Shown here: positions 9,123 to 16,785 of the stretch, in pieces | Numbering within the stretch: the first letter of the stretch is position 1 | How the letters are laid out: each line of letters starts with the position of its first letter | DNA from: an uncultured Calditrichaceae bacterium | GTDB lineage: Bacteria; Calditrichota; Calditrichia; Calditrichales; Calditrichaceae | Assembly: GCA_964467525.1 (NCBI GenBank) | Contig: CAYXRA010000002.1 | Span: 32,517-96,516 of the forward strand | Direction: 5' to 3' | Length of the DNA: 64,000 bases | Program-made: the position numbers and the translations under genes | The notes under the pieces: generated by a model | Told to the model about the DNA's origin: nothing | The model's database searches: none | What the model saw: the letters and a program-made list of their open reading frames with translations, nothing else

Positions 9123-12100
9123 ATGCAAAAAGAAGAACAAAAAATAACAGACAAGATTTACCGTTTCGGTAAAAAAAAGTTACTGTTCGAACTGACAGGC
9201 AGTGTTTTATTCTTACTCTTGATCTTAATTATCATCTGGCTGAGCGCTGCCCTTGCTGATAATCTGGTCTATTTTTCCGAAATAACCCGCTGGGGATTGC
9301 TGTCGATTAATACTGTCCTGATTTCGTATTTATTGTTCAAGTTTTTATTTTATCCGCTTAAACGGCTCATTGCTTTAAAAAAACATTCCGATCTCAGCCA
9401 AACAGCCGGGTTGATCGGTAGAATGTATCCTGAAATTAAAGACCGCCTGGTCAACACTTATCAACTGGTTTCGCGCAGTCCTGATGAAAATACTTCAGAC
9501 GCGCTGCATCGTGAAGCGGTTAAATCCAATCTGGCGCAATTCAGGAACCGGAATTTCTCCGCGATACTGAAAATAAAATCATTTTTACCGGCGCCTGTTC
9601 TTTCCGTTGTAGTGCTGATCAGTTTTATTGTGCTGACGGGATTGATGTACAATGATCTATTGCATGCAAGCAAGCGCTTGTTGAATCCCTCTAATGAATA
9701 CAAGATTTTACCGGCTTACCGGTTTGTCGTCGAGCCGGGCGATACACAGATAACCAAAGGACAGTCGCTTACCTTAAACGCCCGCTACAGGGGGCCGCTG
9801 CTCGAAGCCTGCTATTTGTATCTGTGGACACCGGATAATCCGTCCGTATCCCGCGTACTGGAGATGAATTTGGAGGACAGCACTTATTCAGCCGCAATTA
9901 AGGATATAATTAAATCCCAGTCCTACCAGATACGTGGTGTGCCCATGGACAGCCGGCAGTATGAAAATACCATATTTTCGGAACAGTTTACCATTGATGT
10001 GCGCATTCCACCAATGATCGAAACCCTGGATGTGGAGCTGATTCCGCCCGCTTACTCGGGTTTGCCCCGGCAGTTTCCGGACAGAAATATCGGGGATATA
10101 GCAGCATTAGCGGGAACGATTGTCCGTCTTAAGGTCAGCACCAATCACGCCGTGCAGTCGGCCCAAATACAGTTCAAATCCGGAAAAACCGTACCTTCTG
10201 ATATACGGGGCGAACTGCTGAACGGACAATTTCAGATCCGGCAAAATGACAATTATTCCATAATCTTAAACGATACACAGGGATTGCAAAATCAGAATCC
10301 AATCGAATATCAAATAGCTCTGTTGCCGGATAATCCGCCCTTTATCGAAATTACCGAACCGGGCAGAGATGTTGAAATTCAGCTGGATGCCGCCATTCGT
10401 CTGAAGATGGAGGGCAGTGATGATTTCGGCATTGGCAGGGTAAAGCTCTATTATAAATTTCTGCGACAATCAAAAACGGCTACCGATACGAACTGGCAGC
10501 ATATTGTGCTGCCCCTGCAAGCCCAATCTGATAATCGTTTTGAAATTTTCCATTACTGGGATTTCAACAAGCTGCCCCTGGCTTTTAACGACGGCATTAA
10601 GTATTACGCGCATGTCGAGGACAACAACTCGGTTACCGGGCCGGGTATCGGAAAGAGCGAAACCTATTATATTCGCTTTCCTTCGCTGGATGAGATTTTT
10701 GATTCCTTTGCTGAAAAAGAAGCCGAGGAAATAGATAATCTGGAAGAGGTTAACAAAGAGTCGGAAGAGCTTAAAAAATCGCTGGAAGAAATTCAACGTG
10801 AATTGAAGCGGGAAAGTAAACTGGACTGGGAGAAGAAACAACAGCTCGAAAGCGCCCTGGAAAAGCAAAAAGAATTACAGGACAAAGTCGAGGAAATACA
10901 GAAAAACATCGAAGAGCTTGTCAATAAATTAGACGCCAACAATCTTATCAGTGAAGAGATTCTTGAAAAATACAGTCAGTTGCAGGAATTGTTCAGAGAA
11001 GTGATTACGCCGGAAATGATGGAATCTCTGCAAAATTTGCAGGAGGCGCTGGAAAAACCGGATCAGGAAAATATCCGGCAGGCCATGCAGCAATTCAAGC
11101 TGAATCAGGAAGTCTTTAAAGAGCGCATCGAGCGGACAATGGAACTGCTGAAGCAGGTGCAACTGGAGCAACGCATGGATGAGCTGGTTCAAAAGGCGAA
11201 GAAACTAAAGGAACAGCAGGAAAAAATCAGCGAGCAGCTCAATAAGGAATTAGAGCCCGATGAAGGTGAATATGAACAGTTGAAGGCACAGCAGGAGCAA
11301 CAGGCTGAAAAACTGAACAACCTGGAAAAAAGCCTGGAATCGATGCTCAGGGAACCGCGCGTGGCAAAGTTTCAGGAAACGATGCAGCAGTTGGATTCAG
11401 CGCGGCAGCAGATTGGTGCGGAAGACCTGCAGAACGAAATGGGGCAAATGCAGCAGAGTCTGGAACAGAACAATCGTCAACAAGCCGGTCAGCATTCCGA
11501 AAAATTAAGGCAAAATTTTGCCGGCATTCAAAATCAACTGCAACAGGCCCAGTCTCAAATGATGAATCAGAACAAGCAACAGGTTATGCAAAAAATGGCC
11601 TCCGCCATGCAAAAGATGCTCAAACTTTCCCACGAACAGGAAAAACTGCAGCGCGAAACACAGCGCTCTTCCGATTACAGCAGTGGTTTTAAAGATATTG
11701 CCGCAGAGCAGGCGCAATTAAAAAATAATTTCCGCAATCTGATATCCGATCTGGTGCAGCTTTCCAAAGAAACCTTTTTTGTCAATCCCGAATTAAGCAG
11801 GTCGATGGCCAAAAGTATGCGCAATATGGATCAAAGCCTCAGTAACCTATCGGAGCGTAATCGCGGCGCCTCGGCATCGAATCAGGAAAAAGCGCTTGGC
11901 GGATTAAATGAGAGTATTCAAATGATGCATGAATCCATGTCCAGCCTGTCTCAGTCTCAGTCCGGTACCGGTTTCAATCAGTTTCTGGAACAGTTACAAC
12001 AAATGGCCGGTCAGCAGGGACAGATTAATGAGCAGACAATGAGTCTGCTGCAAAAGCAGGGCAATCAGGGCAGTCTGATGATGCGCGAGCAGGCCCGCCG

Positions 12101-12527
12101 AAAACGACTGGCCGCGGAACAGGCCGCCCTGCAGCAAGCCATGGAAGGCATGCAGAAGGGCATGGGCAACAGGCAGGATGTTTTGGGCCGCATGAATGAG
12201 ATTGCGGCGGAAATGGAAAAAGTGGTTGAAGATCTCATTAAAAATAATGTAGACCGCAAAACGATCGAACGGCAAAGAAAGATCCTTTCGCGCATGCTCG
12301 ATGCTCAGAAATCAGTGCGGGAAAGAGAGTTTTCGAAAAAACGCAAGGCGGAAACAGCGAAAGCGTATCTGGCAAAAGATCCAGGTGAACTGCGCAATTT
12401 AACGGATTTGGATAAAAAAGCGATAGAAGAGGCCCTGCGGCGCGCCCTGAATGAAGGCTATAACCGCGATTATCAAAAATTAATCGAAGCCTATTTCAAC
12501 AAATTGATTCGCAGTAAAGAAGAATAA
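9123..12527 (+). CDS. Large membrane-anchored coiled-coil, Q-rich protein, DUF4175-like
   Basis: N-terminal TM segments, a central beta-rich region, then ~600 aa of E/K/Q-rich coiled coil. It starts 4 nt after the DUF4159 gene, and DUF4159 commonly pairs with DUF4175-type proteins. The family call is from memory only. Confidence 0.45.
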   Translation: MQKEEQKITDKIYRFGKKKLLFELTGSVLFLLLILIIIWLSAALADNLVYFSEITRWGLLSINTVLISYLLFKFLFYPLKRLIALKKHSDLSQTAGLIGRMYPEIKDRLVNTYQLVSRSPDENTSDALHREAVKSNLAQFRNRNFSAILKIKSFLPAPVLSVVVLISFIVLTGLMYNDLLHASKRLLNPSNEYKILPAYRFVVEPGDTQITKGQSLTLNARYRGPLLEACYLYLWTPDNPSVSRVLEMNLEDSTYSAAIKDIIKSQSYQIRGVPMDSRQYENTIFSEQFTIDVRIPPMIETLDVELIPPAYSGLPRQFPDRNIGDIAALAGTIVRLKVSTNHAVQSAQIQFKSGKTVPSDIRGELLNGQFQIRQNDNYSIILNDTQGLQNQNPIEYQIALLPDNPPFIEITEPGRDVEIQLDAAIRLKMEGSDDFGIGRVKLYYKFLRQSKTATDTNWQHIVLPLQAQSDNRFEIFHYWDFNKLPLAFNDGIKYYAHVEDNNSVTGPGIGKSETYYIRFPSLDEIFDSFAEKEAEEIDNLEEVNKESEELKKSLEEIQRELKRESKLDWEKKQQLESALEKQKELQDKVEEIQKNIEELVNKLDANNLISEEILEKYSQLQELFREVITPEMMESLQNLQEALEKPDQENIRQAMQQFKLNQEVFKERIERTMELLKQVQLEQRMDELVQKAKKLKEQQEKISEQLNKELEPDEGEYEQLKAQQEQQAEKLNNLEKSLESMLREPRVAKFQETMQQLDSARQQIGAEDLQNEMGQMQQSLEQNNRQQAGQHSEKLRQNFAGIQNQLQQAQSQMMNQNKQQVMQKMASAMQKMLKLSHEQEKLQRETQRSSDYSSGFKDIAAEQAQLKNNFRNLISDLVQLSKETFFVNPELSRSMAKSMRNMDQSLSNLSERNRGASASNQEKALGGLNESIQMMHESMSSLSQSQSGTGFNQFLEQLQQMAGQQGQINEQTMSLLQKQGNQGSLMMREQARRKRLAAEQAALQQAMEGMQKGMGNRQDVLGRMNEIAAEMEKVVEDLIKNNVDRKTIERQRKILSRMLDAQKSVREREFSKKRKAETAKAYLAKDPGELRNLTDLDKKAIEEALRRALNEGYNRDYQKLIEAYFNKLIRSKEE

Positions 12528-12681
12528 GGCACGCATTCCCTGAAAAATATATTCTGGTTTTTATTCTACCCAATTATCAAAATGTTATAAAAATTTTAGA
12601 GAATTAGCATACCGCTATTTATATTTTAGAGTTAATGGTTTGATTAATCATTTTACACGAATCGAATGAGGGGTGATCTTC

Positions 12682-13002
12682 ATGTTTTTTAAAATAATCG
12701 CAATAGCCGCACTAAGCCTGACCATGTTTGGCTGGAGTACTGCTTTTGGGCAGGATCCGGGTGGATTCGATAACTTTATACGCGTGCAGTACTTCGGTGA
12801 AGACTTACAAAATAAACATGGCACCAGCCCGCTCTTTACGGACTGGGATGGTGACGGGGATAAGGATCTGATTGTCGGTCACCATTTTCAGGGACAGATA
12901 TATTACTATCGCAACTCGGGAACTACGGCCAACCCTGTATTTAATAGCGAACGGGTTTTAATGGAAGCGGACAATGCCGTCATTGAGTACGGCAATGTCT
13001 GA
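12682..13002 (+). CDS. FG-GAP/VCBS repeat protein, N-terminal fragment ending at an in-frame TGA
   Basis: Signal peptide (FFKIIAIAALSLTMFGWSTAFG) and an FG-GAP-like repeat (FTDWDGDGDKDLIVG). The ATG at 12682 lies 8 nt after GAGGGG, whereas the tracked start at 12673 is a GTG. Same frame as 13057-13932. Confidence 0.6.
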   Translation: MFFKIIAIAALSLTMFGWSTAFGQDPGGFDNFIRVQYFGEDLQNKHGTSPLFTDWDGDGDKDLIVGHHFQGQIYYYRNSGTTANPVFNSERVLMEADNAVIEYGNV

Positions 13003-13056
13003 TGTGTCAATTCTAATCCGCAGGTTGCGGACTGGGATGAGGACGGCGATCCGGAT

Positions 13057-13932
13057 TTGATTGTCGGCGATTACAGAGGACGGGTCTGGTTATATCTGAA
13101 CAACGGTTCAGGTAAAAATCCGGTACTGAAAAGTGCGGGACGCATAAGCGCAGACGGAGTTGAAATAGATGTCGGCGGTTTTGCCGCGCCTGTGGTTGCC
13201 GACTGGAATAGCGACGGCAAAAAAGACCTGATTGTCGGCTCGGCAAGGGAAAATATCCATGTGTTCATTAATACCGGCAGGAATGATGATCCGGTATTCA
13301 AGTCATCGTTTATCGTGGCCAACGTCCGGCACAACGACAGTCATCCTGAATTTGTTGATATGAATGGTGACGGCAAAAAAGATCTACTGGTCGGTGAGAA
13401 TGAAGGATATGTCTATTTCTATCCGAACCGGGGTTCCGAAAGCAATCCTGCATTTTCCGACCGTCAGCGGCTGCTTTTAAAGGTCAATGCATTTGCCAGA
13501 ATTGAAGTTGCCGACTGGGGCGCGGATGGTCAACTCGATTTGTTAGTCGGATCGGAAGAAGGCTATATCAATATTTACTCCGATTTATCGATTATTTCGG
13601 ATATAAAAAATCCGGTTGTATCGGCAGCATCGCAGTTTAGATTGTTTCAAAATTATCCAAATCCGTTTGGCGGAAGCCACCCCTTTTGGGGTAATCCGGG
13701 CACGACGATCCGATATGCCTTGCCTGCGCTCTCTGACGTACGTATTGAAATATACAACGCGTCCGGTAAACTGATAAGAAATCTGTTTTCCGGCGTTCGC
13801 CCCTCAGGAGAACATACCCTGTTCTGGGACGGCTTGAATGAACATGGCAAACCGGCGGCGAGCGGTATTTACATATATAAATTATTCACCACACAAAATG
13901 TTGTGAGCAGGAAAATGTTACTGTTACGTTGA
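13057..13932 (+). CDS. FG-GAP/VCBS repeat protein with T9SS C-terminal domain, the C-terminal continuation of the 12682 gene
   Basis: Repeats ADWNSDGKKDLIVG, VDMNGDGKKDLLVG and ADWGADGQLDLLVG. C-terminal NYPNPFGG...VRIEIYNASGKLIRNLF...WDGLNEHGKPAASGIYIYKL is a T9SS sorting domain. The frame is open from 13003, and CVNSNPQVADWDEDGDPDLIVGDYRG precedes the tracked Met. Confidence 0.65.
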   Translation: MIVGDYRGRVWLYLNNGSGKNPVLKSAGRISADGVEIDVGGFAAPVVADWNSDGKKDLIVGSARENIHVFINTGRNDDPVFKSSFIVANVRHNDSHPEFVDMNGDGKKDLLVGENEGYVYFYPNRGSESNPAFSDRQRLLLKVNAFARIEVADWGADGQLDLLVGSEEGYINIYSDLSIISDIKNPVVSAASQFRLFQNYPNPFGGSHPFWGNPGTTIRYALPALSDVRIEIYNASGKLIRNLFSGVRPSGEHTLFWDGLNEHGKPAASGIYIYKLFTTQNVVSRKMLLLR

Positions 13933-13979
13933 TTCATGAATTTGGCAGGAATAAGAATCAATGTTCTACACGTTTATCG

Positions 13980-14288
13980 TTTCATCTGTTTAAAATCCCC
14001 ACCCTGCGTCACGCCTTGGCGGGGAGTGGGAGAAGAGCCCCCTCCCCAACCCCTCCCCCGATGAATCGGGGGAGGGGCGAAGGGGTGGGGGGTCTTTTTA
14101 ATCATGCCTTCGTGTGTTTGCCAAATCATGGATGTTTCATCTGTTTAAAATCCCCACCCCCTGCCCCTTTTCACCTGCCTGCCGTCAGGCACGGCGCGTG
14201 GGGAGGGCGGCTTGCTTTACTAACTAAAAAACGGCTTTTGTATATTTAGTCATGCTTTTGTGTGTTTGCTAAAACAGGGATGTTTCAT
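13980..14288 (-). repeat. Two tandem copies of an intergenic repeat element (family also at 29384-29512 and 36176-36330)
   Basis: Unit 1 (13980-14140) and unit 2 (14135-14288) share the termini TTTCATCTGTTTAAAATCCCCACC ... CATGC(C/T)TT(C/T)GTGTGTTTGC...ATGTTTCAT. Unit 1 carries a perfect 13-bp-arm palindrome, CCCCTCCCCCGAT-GA-ATCGGGGGAGGGG (14050-14077). Its termini are the reverse complement of those at the other two loci. Confidence 0.8.
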
Positions 14289-14348
14289 ATTACCGGATTT
14301 AAGGTATACCCCCTATTTTTCTTATCATAAATTGAAATCTTTTCTTTT

Positions 14349-16724
14349 TTGTTTTACTGTAATTTATTATGTTTCGGTCTTTCAGGATTAAAAGAAGTAT
14401 CATTTGTTTTTAACAACAAGAACGGATTATTAGTGGCTAATCAAAAAAGTTCACCTGCGCAAAGTCAGCCTACATTTGCCAGAGACCTGGGACTGTTCGA
14501 TGCATCAATGATCGGCATCGGCGCTATGATCGGCGCCGGAATCTTTGTGTTAACCGGAATAGCGTCCGGTGAAGCCGGACCGGCTTCGCTTTTGGCCTTT
14601 GCCTTAAACGGTGCGGTAACCCTGTTAACTGCCTTTGCCTATGCCGAACTGGCGTCAGCAATACCGCGGGCCGGCGGCGGTTATTCATTCGTTCGCATGG
14701 CCTTTCCAGGGGCTACCGGTTTCGTGGCCGGCTGGATGTTATGGTTTGCCTACACCGTGGCCTGCAGTTTGTATGCTCTGGGATTTGCCGGATATTTTTG
14801 GGAGTTTTTCGAAAAATATATGCCGTTTTTTACCGAAGCGGTTGTTGGCTTGGTGGGTGAGCACTCGGCCATTCTTGTCGTTACTGTAATCATCAGCAGT
14901 CTGTTTATTATGCTCAATGTCCGCGGGGCGGAAGTGACCGGCAAGGCAGAGAACATCCTGACAATATCGAAAATTATCATTTTAATCATTTTTATCTATT
15001 TCGGTTTTCAGCAGATTTTTGCAAGACCGGATTCCGCTTTATCCAATTTTGTGCCCTTTTTACCGAAAGGATTCGGCGGCGTTATTGTGGCGATGGGATT
15101 AACCTTTATTGCGTTCGAGGGATATGATCTTATCGCAACGGTGGCCGAAGAAATTAAGGATCCCAAAAAGAATATTCCGCGGGCTACCTTTATTTCCTTG
15201 GCTATCACCGTAACCATTTACCTGCTGATCCTGTTCGTTTCACTCGGCGCCATTCAGAGCGGCGCGGAAGAAACCTGGAAATTTCTGGGCAAATTCAAAG
15301 AAACGGCTATTGTTAAAGCGGCCGAACAGTTTATGCCCGCTTTCGGTGTTGCGGTGATTGTTTTCGGCGGTCTGCTCTCTACCATGTCCGCACTCAACGC
15401 CACCGTGATGGCCGCATCGCGTGTGGCTTTTTCCATGGGGCGCGATTTATGGCTGCCGAAACGCATGTCCGATATCCATGCAAGGCGCCGGACGCCATAC
15501 ATTGCCATCTTTACAACAGGTGCTATTTTAATTTTAATGGCCCTTACCCTGCCTATAGAGGTGGTCGGATCGGCGGCCAGTTTAATATTTCTCCTTACCT
15601 TTGCAATGGTCAATCTGTCGGTAATTGCATTGCGCAGAAAATATCCGGAGATACCCCGTAAATACAAAGTACCCTTTTATCCGGTTGTACCGCTGCTCGG
15701 TTTTACGCTGAATGTATTTCTGGCCCTGTATCAGTTTAAGTTTCAGCCGTTGGCCTGGTACGTGACGGCGGGCTGGATCGCTTTCGGATTGCTTTTATAT
15801 TACGCCGTTTTTGAAAAGCGCGCCGCGGTGATGGAACCCCAGGTTTTGCTGCCGGGCACCACAAATATGTTGCAGGATGTTACCCCTTCCGTTGTCGTTG
15901 CCCTCCATAATCCGGATACGGTTGAAATGCTGCTGAATTTTGCCTATCCGGTGGCCAGGCAGCGTAATCAGCGGCTGATTGCCATCAGCGTGGTTGAGGT
16001 ACCCCGACAAATTCCGATTCACGAGGGGATGCGTTTTGCCCGTCATAAAGAAGCTTTTTTAAATAAAGCCCAGAAACAGGCAAAATCAAAGGGTATCGAT
16101 CTGGAAACCGATGTGGTGATTGCACATCAGTCGTCCGACGGCATACTGGCCGCACTCGAACGTCACAGAGCTTCCGCTCTGGTGATGGGCTGGAAGGGTT
16201 TTACCAATGCCAGAGACCGGATATTCGGCGAAGTTGCCGATACGATCATTCGTTATGCCACCTGTGATTTAATGGTTTTGAAACAGGGTGATAAGGCAGT
16301 TTTTAGAAGCTGCCTGTTACCGACCGCCGGCGGACCGAATGCGAAACTTGCCGCGGGTATTTTAGGCGCCATCGCAAAATATAATAAAATGGCCGTAACG
16401 GCAGGTTATATTTTCCCCGAGCAGAACGGGGCGGCCAGAGAAGCGCAGGCTCAGGAACGCATGGATGAAACGCTGGCATTGATGGATCAAAATATCGAAC
16501 AGTCGAAAAAGCTGATCCGTTCAAAATCCGTTGCCGGCGGTATCGCCAAAGCCAGCCGCGATTATGATCTGGTGGTGATCGGCGCCGCGAAGGAACCGTT
16601 TTTTAAAAAAATGCTCTTCGGAGAAATCCCGGAAAAAGTAGCACGCTATTCGCCAACCTCCGTATTGGTTGTGAAAAAATACGAAGGCGTACTGAAATCG
16701 GTATTGAAACGCGTACTGGGGTGA
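14349..16724 (+). CDS. APC-family amino acid/polyamine permease fused to two C-terminal universal stress protein (USP) domains
   Basis: LGLFDASMIGIGAMIGAGIFVLTG and about 12 hydrophobic helices are typical of APC transporters. The C-terminal ~270 aa hold two USP-like halves (VVVALHNP...LVMGWKG...DLMVLK and CLLPTAGGPN...YDLVVIGAAKE...VLVVKK). The tracked start is a TTG, so the true start may be the in-frame GTG at 14433. Confidence 0.8.
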   Translation: MFYCNLLCFGLSGLKEVSFVFNNKNGLLVANQKSSPAQSQPTFARDLGLFDASMIGIGAMIGAGIFVLTGIASGEAGPASLLAFALNGAVTLLTAFAYAELASAIPRAGGGYSFVRMAFPGATGFVAGWMLWFAYTVACSLYALGFAGYFWEFFEKYMPFFTEAVVGLVGEHSAILVVTVIISSLFIMLNVRGAEVTGKAENILTISKIIILIIFIYFGFQQIFARPDSALSNFVPFLPKGFGGVIVAMGLTFIAFEGYDLIATVAEEIKDPKKNIPRATFISLAITVTIYLLILFVSLGAIQSGAEETWKFLGKFKETAIVKAAEQFMPAFGVAVIVFGGLLSTMSALNATVMAASRVAFSMGRDLWLPKRMSDIHARRRTPYIAIFTTGAILILMALTLPIEVVGSAASLIFLLTFAMVNLSVIALRRKYPEIPRKYKVPFYPVVPLLGFTLNVFLALYQFKFQPLAWYVTAGWIAFGLLLYYAVFEKRAAVMEPQVLLPGTTNMLQDVTPSVVVALHNPDTVEMLLNFAYPVARQRNQRLIAISVVEVPRQIPIHEGMRFARHKEAFLNKAQKQAKSKGIDLETDVVIAHQSSDGILAALERHRASALVMGWKGFTNARDRIFGEVADTIIRYATCDLMVLKQGDKAVFRSCLLPTAGGPNAKLAAGILGAIAKYNKMAVTAGYIFPEQNGAAREAQAQERMDETLALMDQNIEQSKKLIRSKSVAGGIAKASRDYDLVVIGAAKEPFFKKMLFGEIPEKVARYSPTSVLVVKKYEGVLKSVLKRVLG

Positions 16725-16785
16725 TGATTTGTAAGCGCAGCAGTGAAATAACATGCTTGCTGCGAATCATCGCGTAAATTTTGAA

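Noticed and set aside
13000-13002. Genome-wide reassignment of TGA (to Gly or Trp, as in some candidate phyla or Mollicutes) as the explanation for the in-frame TGA.
   Set aside because: TGA terminates several well-delimited genes in this window at the expected protein ends, for example 6927-6929, 16722-16724, 28415-28417, 48130-48132 and 52993-52995. TGA is therefore a normal stop codon here. Only local recoding or a mutation can explain 13000.
13929-14249. ORFs translated across the repeat elements: 13929-14249 (+), 29226-29681 (-), 29323-29571 (-), 36220-36528 (-), and the extended start of 29473-30480.
   Set aside because: They give similar Pro/Gly-rich peptides only because they read through copies of the same GC-palindrome repeat. 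They have no RBS and no coding-like composition outside the repeat, and they lie in different orientations relative to their neighbours. I treat them as non-coding repeats.
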